A stretch of DNA of 64,000 nucleotides from Epithemia pelagica (lineage: Eukaryota > Protista > Bacillariophyta), in the NCBI GenBank assembly GCA_946965045.2, contig OX337229.1:3286001-3350000 (forward strand). The letters run 5' to 3'. Shown one piece after another: positions 1-11,374 of this stretch (position 1 is its first letter; each line of letters starts with the position of its first letter). The position numbers and the translations under genes were made by a program. The notes beneath the pieces were generated by a model. The model had not been told where the DNA came from and did not search any database. It saw only the letters and a program-made list of their open reading frames with translations.

Positions 1-3000
1 TCAATCGGTTCATCAGGTTTTACATTTGGGGCAGCTCCTTCCAAAAGTGCAGAGACGTCATCGATTGGATCTTCTGGGTTCACGTTTGGAGGAACCGCCC
101 CTTCATTTGGTACTAATGCTTCATCGGTTGGAGCATCTGGATTCACATTTGGTTCAAACGTACCAAGTATATCAAGTGGAGCTAAGGTGATTGGATCCTC
201 TGGGTTCACTTTTGGCTCGTCTAATGTCTCGACTGTTGGCGCAGAATCATCATCGGGGTCCACTCCGGCTTCCGTAGCCACGAAAACATCATCGTCCTCG
301 GCTTACCCCCCGACACCTTCAAAGGCCCCGACGGCTTTTGGTGCAGGGTGCACCACTGGTATTGGAGCTTCTGTTTCGTCGACCTCTCCCAAAGTATCCG
401 CAACGACCGGGTATCCTCCGACTCCGTCAAAGGCACCTGCAAAGTTTGGAGCCGGATCTATTGCGACTGCTGTACCCATCAAAGTGTCTTCATCCTCAGC
501 TTATCCCCCTATGCCTGCAAAGGCTCCGAAACCTTGCGCTACCGGATCCACTTCGGCTTCTGCAGCCACGAAAACATCATCGTCCTCGGCTTACCCCCCG
601 ACACCTTCAAAGGCCCCGACAGTTTTTGGTGCAGGATCCACCACTGGTATTGGAGCCTCTGTTTTGTCGACCTCTCCCAAAGTATCCGCAACGACCGGGT
701 ATCCTCCGACTCCGTCAAAGGCACCTACAAAGTTTGGAACCGGATCTACTGCGACTGCTGTACCCATCAAAGTGTCTTTATCCTCAGCTTATCCCCCTAT
801 GCCTGCAAAGGCTCCGAAACCTTTCTCTACCGGATCCACTTCGGCTTCGGCAGCCACGAAAACATCATCTTCCTCGGCTTACCCCCCGACACCTTCAAAG
901 GCCCCGACAGTTTTTGGTGCAGGATCCACCACTGGTATTGTAGCCTCTGTTTTGTCGACCTCTCCCAAAGTATCCGCAACGACCGGGTATCCTCCGACTC
1001 CGTCAAAGGCACCTACAAAGTTTGAAGCCGGATCCACTGCAACTACTGTGCCCATCAAAGTGTCTTCATCCTCAGCTTATCCCCCTATGCCTGCAAAGGC
1101 TCCGAAAGCTTTCGGTACGGGATCCACTGCGGATTCCGCGGCGACGAAATCATCGACATCTCCAGCTTATCCCCCCACACCGTCGAACGCGCCTTCGCCT
1201 TTCGGTGCAGGAGCAACAGCGAGTTCTTCGACTAAAGCATTTTCATCTTCAGCTTATCCTACCTCACCGTCAAAAGCTCTAACGGCTTCCAGTTTCAGTG
1301 GGGGATCCACTGGGGCTGCTGTATCCACAAAAATATCGTCGGCTTCAGCTTATCCACCCCTTCCGACGAAGGCCCCGACCTCTTTCGGTTGGGGATCGGC
1401 ATCAGGATCTACTCCCAGCGCTGTACCTGCGAAAACATCGTCGTCATCGGCTTCTGCTCCCACGAACACATCATCCTCAGTGTATCCCCCCGTACCGACA
1501 AAGTCACCGACACCCTTCGGAACTGGGTCGACTGCGGGTTTCTCATCCACCCAGACATCCTTATCTCCAGCATATCCGCCTGCACCGTTGAAGGCCCCGA
1601 CACCGTTCGGTTCAGGGAATAATGTCAGCGGAGCCACAACCATTAGAGAATCGTCTTCTGTAGGATATCCACCTGCGCCATCTCAGGCTCCGACGCCGTA
1701 CAGTATTCCGAAACCAGCATCTGGTTCGTCCCTCAAGCCCAATCAGTCTTCCGCTGGCTTAACGTCACCAACTCTCTCCAAGGGATACCCTCCTACTCCG
1801 TCAAAGGCTCCGTCGCCATTTGGGAAAGCGACAATCAGCAAGACATCGTCGTCTTCCGGATATCCACCTACTCCAGCAACAGCACCTACACCATTTAGCT
1901 CTACATCATCCAGTTCACATTTGAGCACAACGAGATCACAACGTGCTTCATCGCAGTTGAACTCTTCTCCATCGAGATCCAATGCATTGGGCGACAAAAC
2001 TATACCTGAAACTACTATGAGGTACATCAATATTATCACCCAGATGGAACGGTCGTTGGCATTAGTATACCAGTGCCGTTCTAGTAACAACGATGATCGC
2101 GAAACGGAGGAGCGGATATTGGAAATGTCCAAATGCCGGAGCAGGTTGTTCTCCTCTATTGCCGATGCACAGGCCTTGGTCGTAGAAGTTGGCAAACGGG
2201 TTCCTCAATTTGCTGGATTGAAACCAACAATCGATTCAAGGGTTGAACAAGCTCATGCGATACTAAAGGAACGGAATAGTGACAGCCAAACAGAGCTTTT
2301 TGACTCACAACCTCTGGATATGGAGTCGGAAAAAATACAACGTCATCTTTCGCTGGAAGGAATGCGGTTTCTGCAGAATGAGCGCATTCTTCAGCAACGC
2401 TGTCATGTTTGGAGGGACCTTGTCCACGGCAACGTCAAAGAAATGACAGAGGTTCTTCTGGGAATGCACGAACGAGTCCGACAACTAGAACAAGCATCCA
2501 GAAAAATGAAGAAGGCCGCGTTAGATTTGGACACTTTGTGTGCTTTGCGTCCGCAGTCTCAGTCGCTGCAGCTGGTCCAACGTAACGAGAAGCAGATCAT
2601 GACCAAGGATGAGTCTTGGAAAGCCTGGAGTGAGCTTGATTCATCAAGTTTCCAGTCCATCGTTGCCCCGAGTAGAATGGCGTTCGAGCTAAGACGTGTC
2701 AAGAAAGCGAATGTACCCCCTTCACCGCAACTGAAATCGAGACAAGTGAAGAATCCCATTAGATCTAGCTCTCGCTCTCACGAGGGACCATCTGAAGCAC
2801 AAGATCAAAACTTATCTCCATTCTCACCGTCTCAGTCCGTGACGCCACGCGGCGCATGGGACAAGGCTTCCACAGCGGACCAAAGTCGAGCGAAGCGCAT
2901 GGTCTTCACAAGTCCCAGGGAATTGCGTGAGACCTCTTTGGGAACTGAAGCCCCGACAGTGCTCAGAGCATATGGTACCAGTCTCGAAAGTATTCAAGGG

Positions 3001-4681
3001 TCGCAGCAAAGAGAGGATCCTGTTGTAAACAAAGCCTTTCAACCCTCAGATGATAGGTATACCGAGTCGAGACATGAAAGAAACGTGCTGAGTTCTCAAA
3101 AGGAGTCTGAATTAGCTGAACTCTCAACTTCTTCTGCGAGTCCAGGCCGTATTCTTGAAAGACAAGATGGTAACTCCACCATGACAAACAGAGCAAAGAG
3201 ACTTTCACCAGGTCAGCTGGAGAAAGACAGTTCGTATACAAACAACACAAAGAGTACAGCGAGTGGGTTGGATGGAATGGCGGGACTGGGCCTTTCTTTG
3301 TCCAGTGAAGGCAAACGTGGTGACAGAGAAAATGAAGGATCACCAGGACTTTTGGGGGTTTCGCTTATCAGTCCGAAACAAACGACCAGCGAAGATCAAG
3401 AAAATTCCCCGGAGACTCCAGATTATCATACTATCCTCACCCAGTTTTACGAGAAGCACAACCCCTCGAAGTTGAACTCTGTAGCAGCTACTCTGAAGAA
3501 GTATCAGGTACGTTATGTGATGATTAAGATTGTGTTGATTTTCCGACGTCTCAACTTTGGTCTTACAGGGGCGAGAGCGGGATATGTTTGCGAAGCTCGC
3601 TCAGAAATATGGTACGTCCTGCTCTTAAACCCTTTGATGGCATACGGCAACTTGCTTACTTTTACTTTCTACGCAGCTGTGGCGAGTCCTCTGGATAATT
3701 TACATGATCCGGGGAGGAAAGGCGTCGGAGCTGCCTCCCCAAAGCCTCCAATCGTCACTTCAAATCCTAGCCTATCGACAATTGCAAAGCCCATCCAGGT
3801 CCCATCTCCTTTCGCTTCTCAGAAAGACGATCAGTCATCAGCTCCAGTATTTGGGACGGCTCCTGTGCAAACCTCCCAACCAAGTTTTGGGGCAAAAGCA
3901 ACAAGCCAACAGTCGGGCGGCTTCTCATTCGGTAGTTCCACTTCTGCGCCCACTCCTTTCACCCAACCTCTGTCATCACCGGCTCCTTGGACGCCCCCCT
4001 CAGCCAATGGAGGATCACCGAGAGAAATGCTCACAAAGTTCTACGAACAGCGGAATCCATCCAAATTGGGTGAGGTCGACAAAGTGCTTGCAAAGTACGC
4101 AGGAAAGGTACGTTTGCCCCATTTTTCGCCCCACTCAATTTTCTTGCAGTGCCATTGCCCTCTGACGTTTATTGGTATCCATGGAATTGCAGGAGGAACA
4201 GCTATTCCGAAATCTTGCGAAGAAATACAACCTTGATCCATCCTTCTTTGGACTACATGCCGGAGCTGGGACCCCGTCATCCTTCCCTTCTCCCGCACCT
4301 TCATTTGGTGCACCCAGTGGTTTCGGACAGCCGTCGGTTCTGGGAGGTGGACCTTCGCCTGCACCCTCTAATATATTTCCGGGTGGAGGACAACCCACAA
4401 CTTCCCTGGGAGGATTCGGACAACCCTCCGTTCTTGGAGGTGGCCCAAGCATCGGATCGCCCAGTCCATTCGGTTCACCAGCTGCTACTCCAGGATTCAC
4501 TAACCCATCTTCTGGAGGCGGGTTTCGAGCAACGACCAGCGCATCTGGTGGTGCGTCCAGCTTTGGTTCGTTAGCTCAAAGTGCATCTCCTGGTGGCTTT
4601 GGCTCCTTGGCATCAAATTCATCGTTTGGGCAACCTTCTGCAGCCGGATTCGGCTCGTCTTTCGGTGGCCCTCGCCGCTGA
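1..4681 (+). CDS. FG-repeat nucleoporin-like protein (Nup214/Nup159-like architecture), 5' end lies outside the window
   Basis: Frame 1 is open from base 1 with IGSSGFTFG repeats, followed by YPPxPxKAPxxFG repeats, a predicted coiled-coil middle, two FYxxxNPxKL helical repeats and an FG-rich tail ending FGGPRR*. GT-AG introns at 3508-3568, 3612-3676 and 4108-4192 restore KYQ|GRERDMFAKLAQKY and KYAGK|EEQLFRNLAKKY. Confidence 0.7.
277..1140 (+). repeat. 288-bp (96-aa) coding tandem repeat, 3 copies
   Basis: gccacgaaaacatc recurs at 277, 565 and 853; each unit encodes three YPP motifs. Confidence 0.95.
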
Positions 4682-5012
4682 AGAAGACCCGTAAATTCAA
4701 CCAGATGACATCAATTCATATAAAGAGAAGAAATCTACTGTACTCAATTAGCGGCGGCAACTGATTGTTCGGGATCACTTTAGCTTTCCACTAGTCGTCC
4801 CTCTTGCAGTCGTCTTTTTATTCAATTTTCACGTGCAAATAACAGAGTAGACACCACGGTTATAATCTATTATCGTGACGGACCTCCCAATCTTTTCAGT
4901 AATTCAATCATCCCCGCTCTCATTTGATCACAGATTCGGTTCGAACTATGTTGATGTTTGTCCTGCTTCATCCGCTCCTTCAAACACGCAAGCTTCAATT
5001 GAACACCTTAGG

Positions 5013-8000
5013 TCACATTGGTTTCTTTTTCTTCTTTTTCTTCCGAAACCCACCTGGCAACGCCAAATCACAAACCGAGAAGGTCGTTTTCGCATTTGTT
5101 GACAGGTGCGGCTCAATCGTATTGTTTTTGTTCGCTACGGGTCCGTTTCTTCTCGATTTATTCACAGAAGTGCTCAGTAACTTACCTCCATCCTTATTTG
5201 CGCGAGAGAAGGTTGTATCCTGAGAATTCGGTCCCGGCAGCGTTTTCGCAGAGGTGGCCGTTCTTCTGGTAGTATCATTTTGATTTTTATTGTGGGAACT
5301 CAAACATGCTTCGCTCCTGCCGCCTAAGAGGGATGTTTCATCGTTTAGTGATTTCTCATCACATGTAATTTCGCTTTTTTCAGGAAGTAAACCGCAAATA
5401 TCCAGACAAGCCTGACTCTCTCCACCCACCATTTGAGTCTCCGTCGAATGGTGGAGCTTACTCTCCTCATTTAAGGCATCAGTCAGATTGCGGTCTTCTG
5501 CCTTTGTCTGACTCGCCATTTGAATGGCGCTGGTCTCGGCATGAGTCGTGAGATCGTTGGACATTGCCTGGGCCACTGAAAGGAATGAACTCATGTCAAA
5601 AATGGGCTGTTTGAACACATTCGACTCTGTGGCCTCTGGACCATAGTTCATGAACGTCCCTGTCTCATTAAAGCGAAGGAGATTCGTCATACCAAACAGT
5701 TCACCACGCCGGTCCGTATCACCTGCAACTCCACGGAAGATGCGCTTTGATGTATCACGTCCAGATCCTTGATGAGTGAGTGTTTCGTTTTCAAGTTGCG
5801 TCTTGTAAACCTGCCTTAGGTAGCGGAGTTCTTCGATCGTCCCACTGCTAACAAGCCGGAAAACTTTAACGTCGTTGTTCTGGCCAATTCTATAGCTCCG
5901 ATCTTGAGCTTGTTTATCGTAGCTCGGGTTCCACTCAACATCAAATATTATAACCCACGAAGCACTGCGAGTGTGAAAACGGAATATGAGGGAATTGCTT
6001 CAAAAGTCATTGTGCGAGTAAGGGAACACGAACCTTGTGAGATTTAATCCCAGCCCCATCGCTTTCGTCGAAAGCAAGAAAAGAAAGATGTCGGGGTTAG
6101 CTTTAAACTCTTCAGCAATCTCTGAGCGCTTCGCTTGGGGAGTGGCTCCGTCCATGCGTAAAAACGTATAGCCGGTAGTCTGGACAAAAGTCTCGATAAT
6201 GTCAAGCATGCTTGTTGAGGCCGAAAAGAGTAAGACCCTTCCTTCACGACGTTCGATTATCTCCAAGAGCTGCGCAAGAACCTTCATCTTCCCTGTTCAG
6301 ATGAAACGCACTGGCATAGTTAGCAAGAGTAAATCCGTCATCTACTCTGATGGCACCATGCGGTCTTACCAGAGAGAACGAAGTGATCCATCATTATTCC
6401 TTTCTGTCGTATCAAACTGGGCATTTGTAGCTGCTGCAGGACATCAGGAGGTATGAATGCCTTGGCGATTTCATATTCCTTCTGTGCTTGTCGTCTACTT
6501 TGACTTCCTTCCGGCAAAGATTCAGGTGGATGCTGTGGCTGAATCAGCCCGACATGAGTGGACAACTTGAATAGTATATGCATCGTCGGGAATATAATAC
6601 AAAACGGGCATTTCTGGCACGCTTCGTCATTGGGATGTTTTTGCTTCCACAAGACAGCGCGAGGATCGATCTCTGCACTGCCCAAAGCAACTGTTGGTGT
6701 TTTGAAACAGCATTTCGCTCTATTCTTAAGTTCATTTTTATGGTTACGAAAATAGTTGATCTTTTCGTCTCGAGATCGAAGAAGCGCCATATTGCTGAAA
6801 AACTCCTTGTTCACCCCACAACAGCAAGGTGTATGAGCTTGAGCTACCAGCACGAAGTCAGGTTGTTGTAAAACGTGCTTGTAAATAGCCTTCTGCAACG
6901 GCGATGGGTCGCAAAAGACGATTCTTTCATCTTTGCGAGGAAGGTGATCTAAACGACAGCCCGAGGTAAGACAAATAATGTGCGAATCGTAGTTCGACAG
7001 GCGTTTCTTACCTTTAAGTACAGATTCTTTTGTTTTCCGATGATGAATCGCGTCCAACTTTAACTGCAACTCTTCGCTCTTTCGGCGCCCAAGTTCAATT
7101 ACGCTGTCAGTGGCGTCTTTGGTTCTGTTCCATTTTTTGAAGCATTAAGGATTTTCAACGATTGATAAGGTAAAAGTCCACACCCAGTAAACACTGTAAC
7201 TTACCTCGCCCATTTGATCGGTTTCGCAGTGCTTTCTTGAAAAGCACTCCAGTTCCCAAGAAGTGATGGAGCAACAATGTCGACGAGATTCCAGAGCTCA
7301 TAGTGATCATTCTGCATAAGTGTTCCCGTCAGTCCAATGATGCAGGTCCTGCGTGAGTCCCGGAGTTTGCGTATGTGTTTTGAACGTATTGCAGTTTCGT
7401 TCTTAAATAGATGGTATTCATCAATCACCACAAGCTTCCAGGGTACTTCTAGGAATCTCTGAAAGGACAGAAACAGTACGACAGTGCGGGTGAGGCAGAC
7501 TCCAAATCTCAATGTCTCTCGGTTGTGGATTTGTACATACATTGAAGTGCTCATTACTCATAAATATGTTATGGCTGGAAACCATAATCTCAGCCAACCC
7601 GTCCATGACTTTGTCGACTCCTGTGTATCCACTCGCTGAATCATATGATGCTATGGAGAAATGACCCCAGGTGCCAAAATCTGTTTTCCAGTTCACCATG
7701 ACAGAACTTGGAGCCAGAATAAGGATCGGGGCCCACTTGAAGCGTGCGATTGGATCCTCCTGATGTAAGAAGGGGTCCGTGTAAGCTTTTCCACTTTGAA
7801 GCGCTTCATCAAGAGCTTCCTGTTGAAGTCGCTTCCGTGTCGCCACAGCTTTCTCACGCCGTCGAATTTCGAGGAGGTCTTCCATCGTTCCTTTCTTCTG
7901 AAGCAGCGCAGCTACCAGAGATACGGTCTGAATCGTCTTTCCAAGTCCCATATCTCCATGGTGATATCAGCGGAAGGAAAGTGAGGTGAGAAAGAACCAG

Positions 8001-9436
8001 AAAACAAGCGGTTCGAGGAAAGACCACGTACCATGGCCAAGTATAGCACCCCTCGTAGTGGTGATGGCATTGAACATGAATTCAATTCCCTCACGCTGGT
8101 ACGGCGGGAGATATCTTGAAATGGAAGCAGGAACTTTGTAGTTTGCGTGTTCGCTTTCTTCACTCGAAAGAACCAGTGGCTCCAGATCAAAAGGGCCAAA
8201 CTTTGGCGTTTCAAATTCAGGTTTCAGCTGAGAGGGGTCAATTTCACTTTCTGGCTCGTCCATCAATGTTCTTTCAGCCGAGAAAGACTTTTCTAAACCT
8301 CCAGATCCATCCAACTGAGCCACTTTCTTTCTTCTTTTCTTTGGTTTCTTCTCTTTCGCTTGTGACCGGCTTTCACGCTGCAAGTCTTGTCCTTCGTCTT
8401 GATCATCTGGATCCTCCCATAGGTGGTCCACAACAGCTTTTTCGGTTGTCGCTATCACAGGGTGGTCAATACTGGAACACTTTTGATCTTCTTTCATGAG
8501 CGTCAACGGGTTTCGTGGTAACCTGCGTGACTTGTTACTGCTTGTTTTCGAGTCGGGAGTTGGTCGCTCTGACAATTGTTCGTTGTCAGCGGAATCTCGA
8601 TCCAATTCACTGATTATATCACTACCAGGTTTTCGGACGTTGCCTCGCGAAGATTTCGCATGAGTGTCGTCCACAGCCTTGTCCGTCGACAACATCTCCA
8701 GTGATGACGGTGGCTCGGGTTTTCCCGAAGAATGGTGGATTGAGGATTCAGCTTGGTCACCACTGCTGCTACCAGTATTTGTTTGCTCAGCACCCACCGG
8801 CTTCTCCTTTAATGCTGCCCACTGCATAATGTCAAAACTTCCATCCGATGAAGAAGACGAATCTGAGCGAGCACGTCGGAGCCGTTTTCGTCTAGACGCC
8901 GGAACTGCCGCCTTGTCATTGGAAAGAATACCAGTTGTCTGATTGGTTGTTGTGGTATCTTGAGAGAACGAGACAGACGACTGTGGTGAAGTGAGCGAAT
9001 TTGGTAGAATATGTCCAATCTTTCCATCAGTGGTTCGAAGAGCGTTGTTCGACGCAAAGGGTGGGAAGCTAGGCAACGATCGATTGGATGGCTTTCCCTC
9101 GATCGGATGCTGCTCTCGTTGTTGTGGCGGCAATGGCAACTTTGTCAAATAGTCTCTTGCCTTATCTTCTCCAGAATTTGGAGCTTTTCGTCTTGATACA
9201 GCCGATGCAGTTGCAGATGTGGTCGACAACCAACCTGTCGATCCGGGTTTCGTCTGGGGGACAGCTGGACCATCATTACTTGTGCCTCCTTCTTCTTTGT
9301 CATCGATAGTGAATTCCGTCGCCTTGGCTGGAGCCTCATACTCTTCTTGTTGTTTTAGAAGCTGTTGCCGTCGCTCCTCATTCTTTTTTTGTTGTTCTCG
9401 TCGTCGTTTACGACGGCGTTCTTCCAAGCTAAGCAT
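5013..9436 (-). CDS. ERCC6L2: SNF2-family helicase/translocase, ERCC6L2/plant SWI2-like, ~1324 aa, 7 exons
   Basis: Exons 9436-8032, 7953-7541, 7458-7205, 7124-7012, 6948-6370, 6292-6034 and 5964-5013 sum to 3975 nt in frame. Motifs: [69 protein letters not shown] Cys-rich CPFC insert between the lobes is as expected for this subfamily. Confidence 0.85.
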
Positions 9437-9634
9437 GATGATAATGATCTTGCATCAAAAAATGAAAATCGCGATGTTGACGAGTTGACGAGTTGACTTT
9501 TTTTGACACATTTGCGTTATCGACGGATTGACAACTTTTAAAACATCATTCCAAGTAACTCCTCTCCTCTCATCACCAATTGGCACGACTGGACGCAAAC
9601 GTAAATTTCATTTGATATTGTATCACAAAATATG

Positions 9635-9708
9635 TACACGAGCCGGGAGTCGAACCCGGGACCTACCGCGTGTGAAGCGGTCGTCATAACCAACTAGACC
9701 ACCCATGC
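9635..9708 (-). tRNA. tRNA-Val (anticodon CAC)
   Basis: Minus strand GCATGGG-TG-GTCTAGTTGGTTATGAC-G-ACCGC TTCACAC GCGGT-AGGTC-CCGGG TTCGACT CCCGG-CTCGTGT-A. Anticodon and T stems are perfect, discriminator is A73, and a TTTT Pol III terminator follows within a few nt. Confidence 0.93.
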
Positions 9709-9839
9709 GTGTCTCCAGCGACATTTTTTTGTTTTTATACTAATAGAGATTACTCTTACAAATGAAGTGATGAGATCTTTACGTGATGTTCCGATGAACA
9801 GTGAACAGTGAATCCGGGTGGGAGGGAGAAGGAAATGCA

Positions 9840-11339
9840 ATGTTGTTGCGAAAGTTTATTGGTCAACGATTGGCATCATATTATGCCCAGTCCGCCGATG
9901 CTGTCGTAAGTTCCTCACCTTCATCATCCCCCATTCCATTCCGTCGACTCTTGGATGAATGGCAGTGGAAGAATCTGTTGCGCAAACTATATCGTGAACA
10001 AAAGGGTCAATGGTTCACTCCGGTGGAGCTCTTCAAACCATACTATTCCAACGCTGTGGCAAACTTTATTGTCGCTCACTCTAAAAATCTTTCGTCCAGC
10101 GAGAGCGACTCTTTTCTGGATGGTGTAGTAGGCGGCGTGGACAAGGAGGGTTCCATCGGCACATTGGACAACAAAGTCGATGACCACATTCAGGATGATG
10201 ATGATGATGACAGAGTTATCGAAATTGTGGAGTTTGGTGGCGGTCGTGGCACGAATGCATTGTGTATATTGAATCATTTGAAACAAGAGGAACCTTCTCT
10301 GTACAAACGTGTGCAGTACTATATCTTGGATTCATCGCCGACCTTGCACCAGATGCAACAGGAAAGATTACAGGCCACGGATCATGCGGATAGAATCACT
10401 TGTGTTCAAAAGGACTTGACCCAGGTCGCCGAAGGACAGTGTGATCTCCTACCACCAATTTTGAGTTTGGACAGTGATGACGATCCTCTGACCTTTGTCA
10501 TTGCGCTTGAGGTCTTTGATAATCTTCCTCATGATAAAATACGGTGTATGGGAGGGGAGGGACTGGGTGAAACAGACCACTCGATGGAACAACGACAACA
10601 GTGCAGCGTAGTGCAGTCCGCAATACAGTCTTCTACCAATACACACCACACCACAACAGCATCGACATCCTCAAATGTCATGTGGGATGAACGCTTTGAA
10701 CCCATGACCGATCCACTCCTTTCGCGAATGGTGAAATTGGCCCCAGCCGGGTCCATTCACCCAAATTCCGTCACCTGGATTCCCACTGTTGCGCTTTCCT
10801 TATTGAATCAACTTCCCAAAGTCAGACCCAATGTTCAGTTGCTGGTGGCCGATTTTGATTGGTTCCCCGTTGCCAGTCATCTTCAATCGTCGTCTTCCCT
10901 GACGAGTCTACCCCCACCACCACAACGACGGTCCCTCATGGGCCGACAAGAACCCTTGATCAAGTCCATGGAGGACTCTGAAGAGGACGGAGTCTTGTAC
11001 GAATGCTATCTAACGGCTCCACCACTCTGTGACATTTTGTTTCCAACCGACTTTGGTTTTGTGGCTCGATTCTTGCAACGGTCGTGGCGGAAATGGAGCC
11101 GCAAAATACGAGTTCAAAAACAGGCTGACTTTTTGTGGCAATACGGCCCCAAGGAAGTCAGGGCAACGCAAAGTTGGCTGACAGGCTACAGTCCCATGAT
11201 GGATGACTACAGCAATACATCCGTTCTAACAGCCACAATTCGTGGTCACGAGCCAACAAATCAATCTGGAGGAAGCAATTGGTCACAAAGTGCAGCAGAC
11301 TTTCTAAGGAGGTTTTCGTTCAGTAAAAGAGATAAATAG
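9840..11339 (+). CDS. NDUFAF7: NDUFAF7/MidA-family SAM-dependent arginine methyltransferase
   Basis: QWFTPVELF, IVEFGGGRGT (SAM motif I), IALEVFDNLPHD, ADFD and DILFPTDF. First ATG is at 9840 (MLLRKF, mitochondrial-like N-terminus). Confidence 0.85.
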   Translation: MLLRKFIGQRLASYYAQSADAVVSSSPSSSPIPFRRLLDEWQWKNLLRKLYREQKGQWFTPVELFKPYYSNAVANFIVAHSKNLSSSESDSFLDGVVGGVDKEGSIGTLDNKVDDHIQDDDDDDRVIEIVEFGGGRGTNALCILNHLKQEEPSLYKRVQYYILDSSPTLHQMQQERLQATDHADRITCVQKDLTQVAEGQCDLLPPILSLDSDDDPLTFVIALEVFDNLPHDKIRCMGGEGLGETDHSMEQRQQCSVVQSAIQSSTNTHHTTTASTSSNVMWDERFEPMTDPLLSRMVKLAPAGSIHPNSVTWIPTVALSLLNQLPKVRPNVQLLVADFDWFPVASHLQSSSSLTSLPPPPQRRSLMGRQEPLIKSMEDSEEDGVLYECYLTAPPLCDILFPTDFGFVARFLQRSWRKWSRKIRVQKQADFLWQYGPKEVRATQSWLTGYSPMMDDYSNTSVLTATIRGHEPTNQSGGSNWSQSAADFLRRFSFSKRDK

Positions 11340-11374
11340 TGAGAATGACAAAAGGAAATTTTATCGCTATCTCT

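Noticed and set aside
277-1140. Regularly spaced repeats as a CRISPR array
   Set aside because: The units are 288-bp in-frame coding duplications with no unique spacers and no cas genes, in a eukaryotic context.
6480-6860. Cys-rich insert in the SNF2 helicase as a novel domain
   Set aside because: A similar C..C/CC/CPFC insert is expected in the ERCC6L2/SWI2 subfamily.
9477-9497. TTGACGAG x2.6 tandem upstream of the helicase ATG
   Set aside because: Too short to distinguish from chance without expression data.
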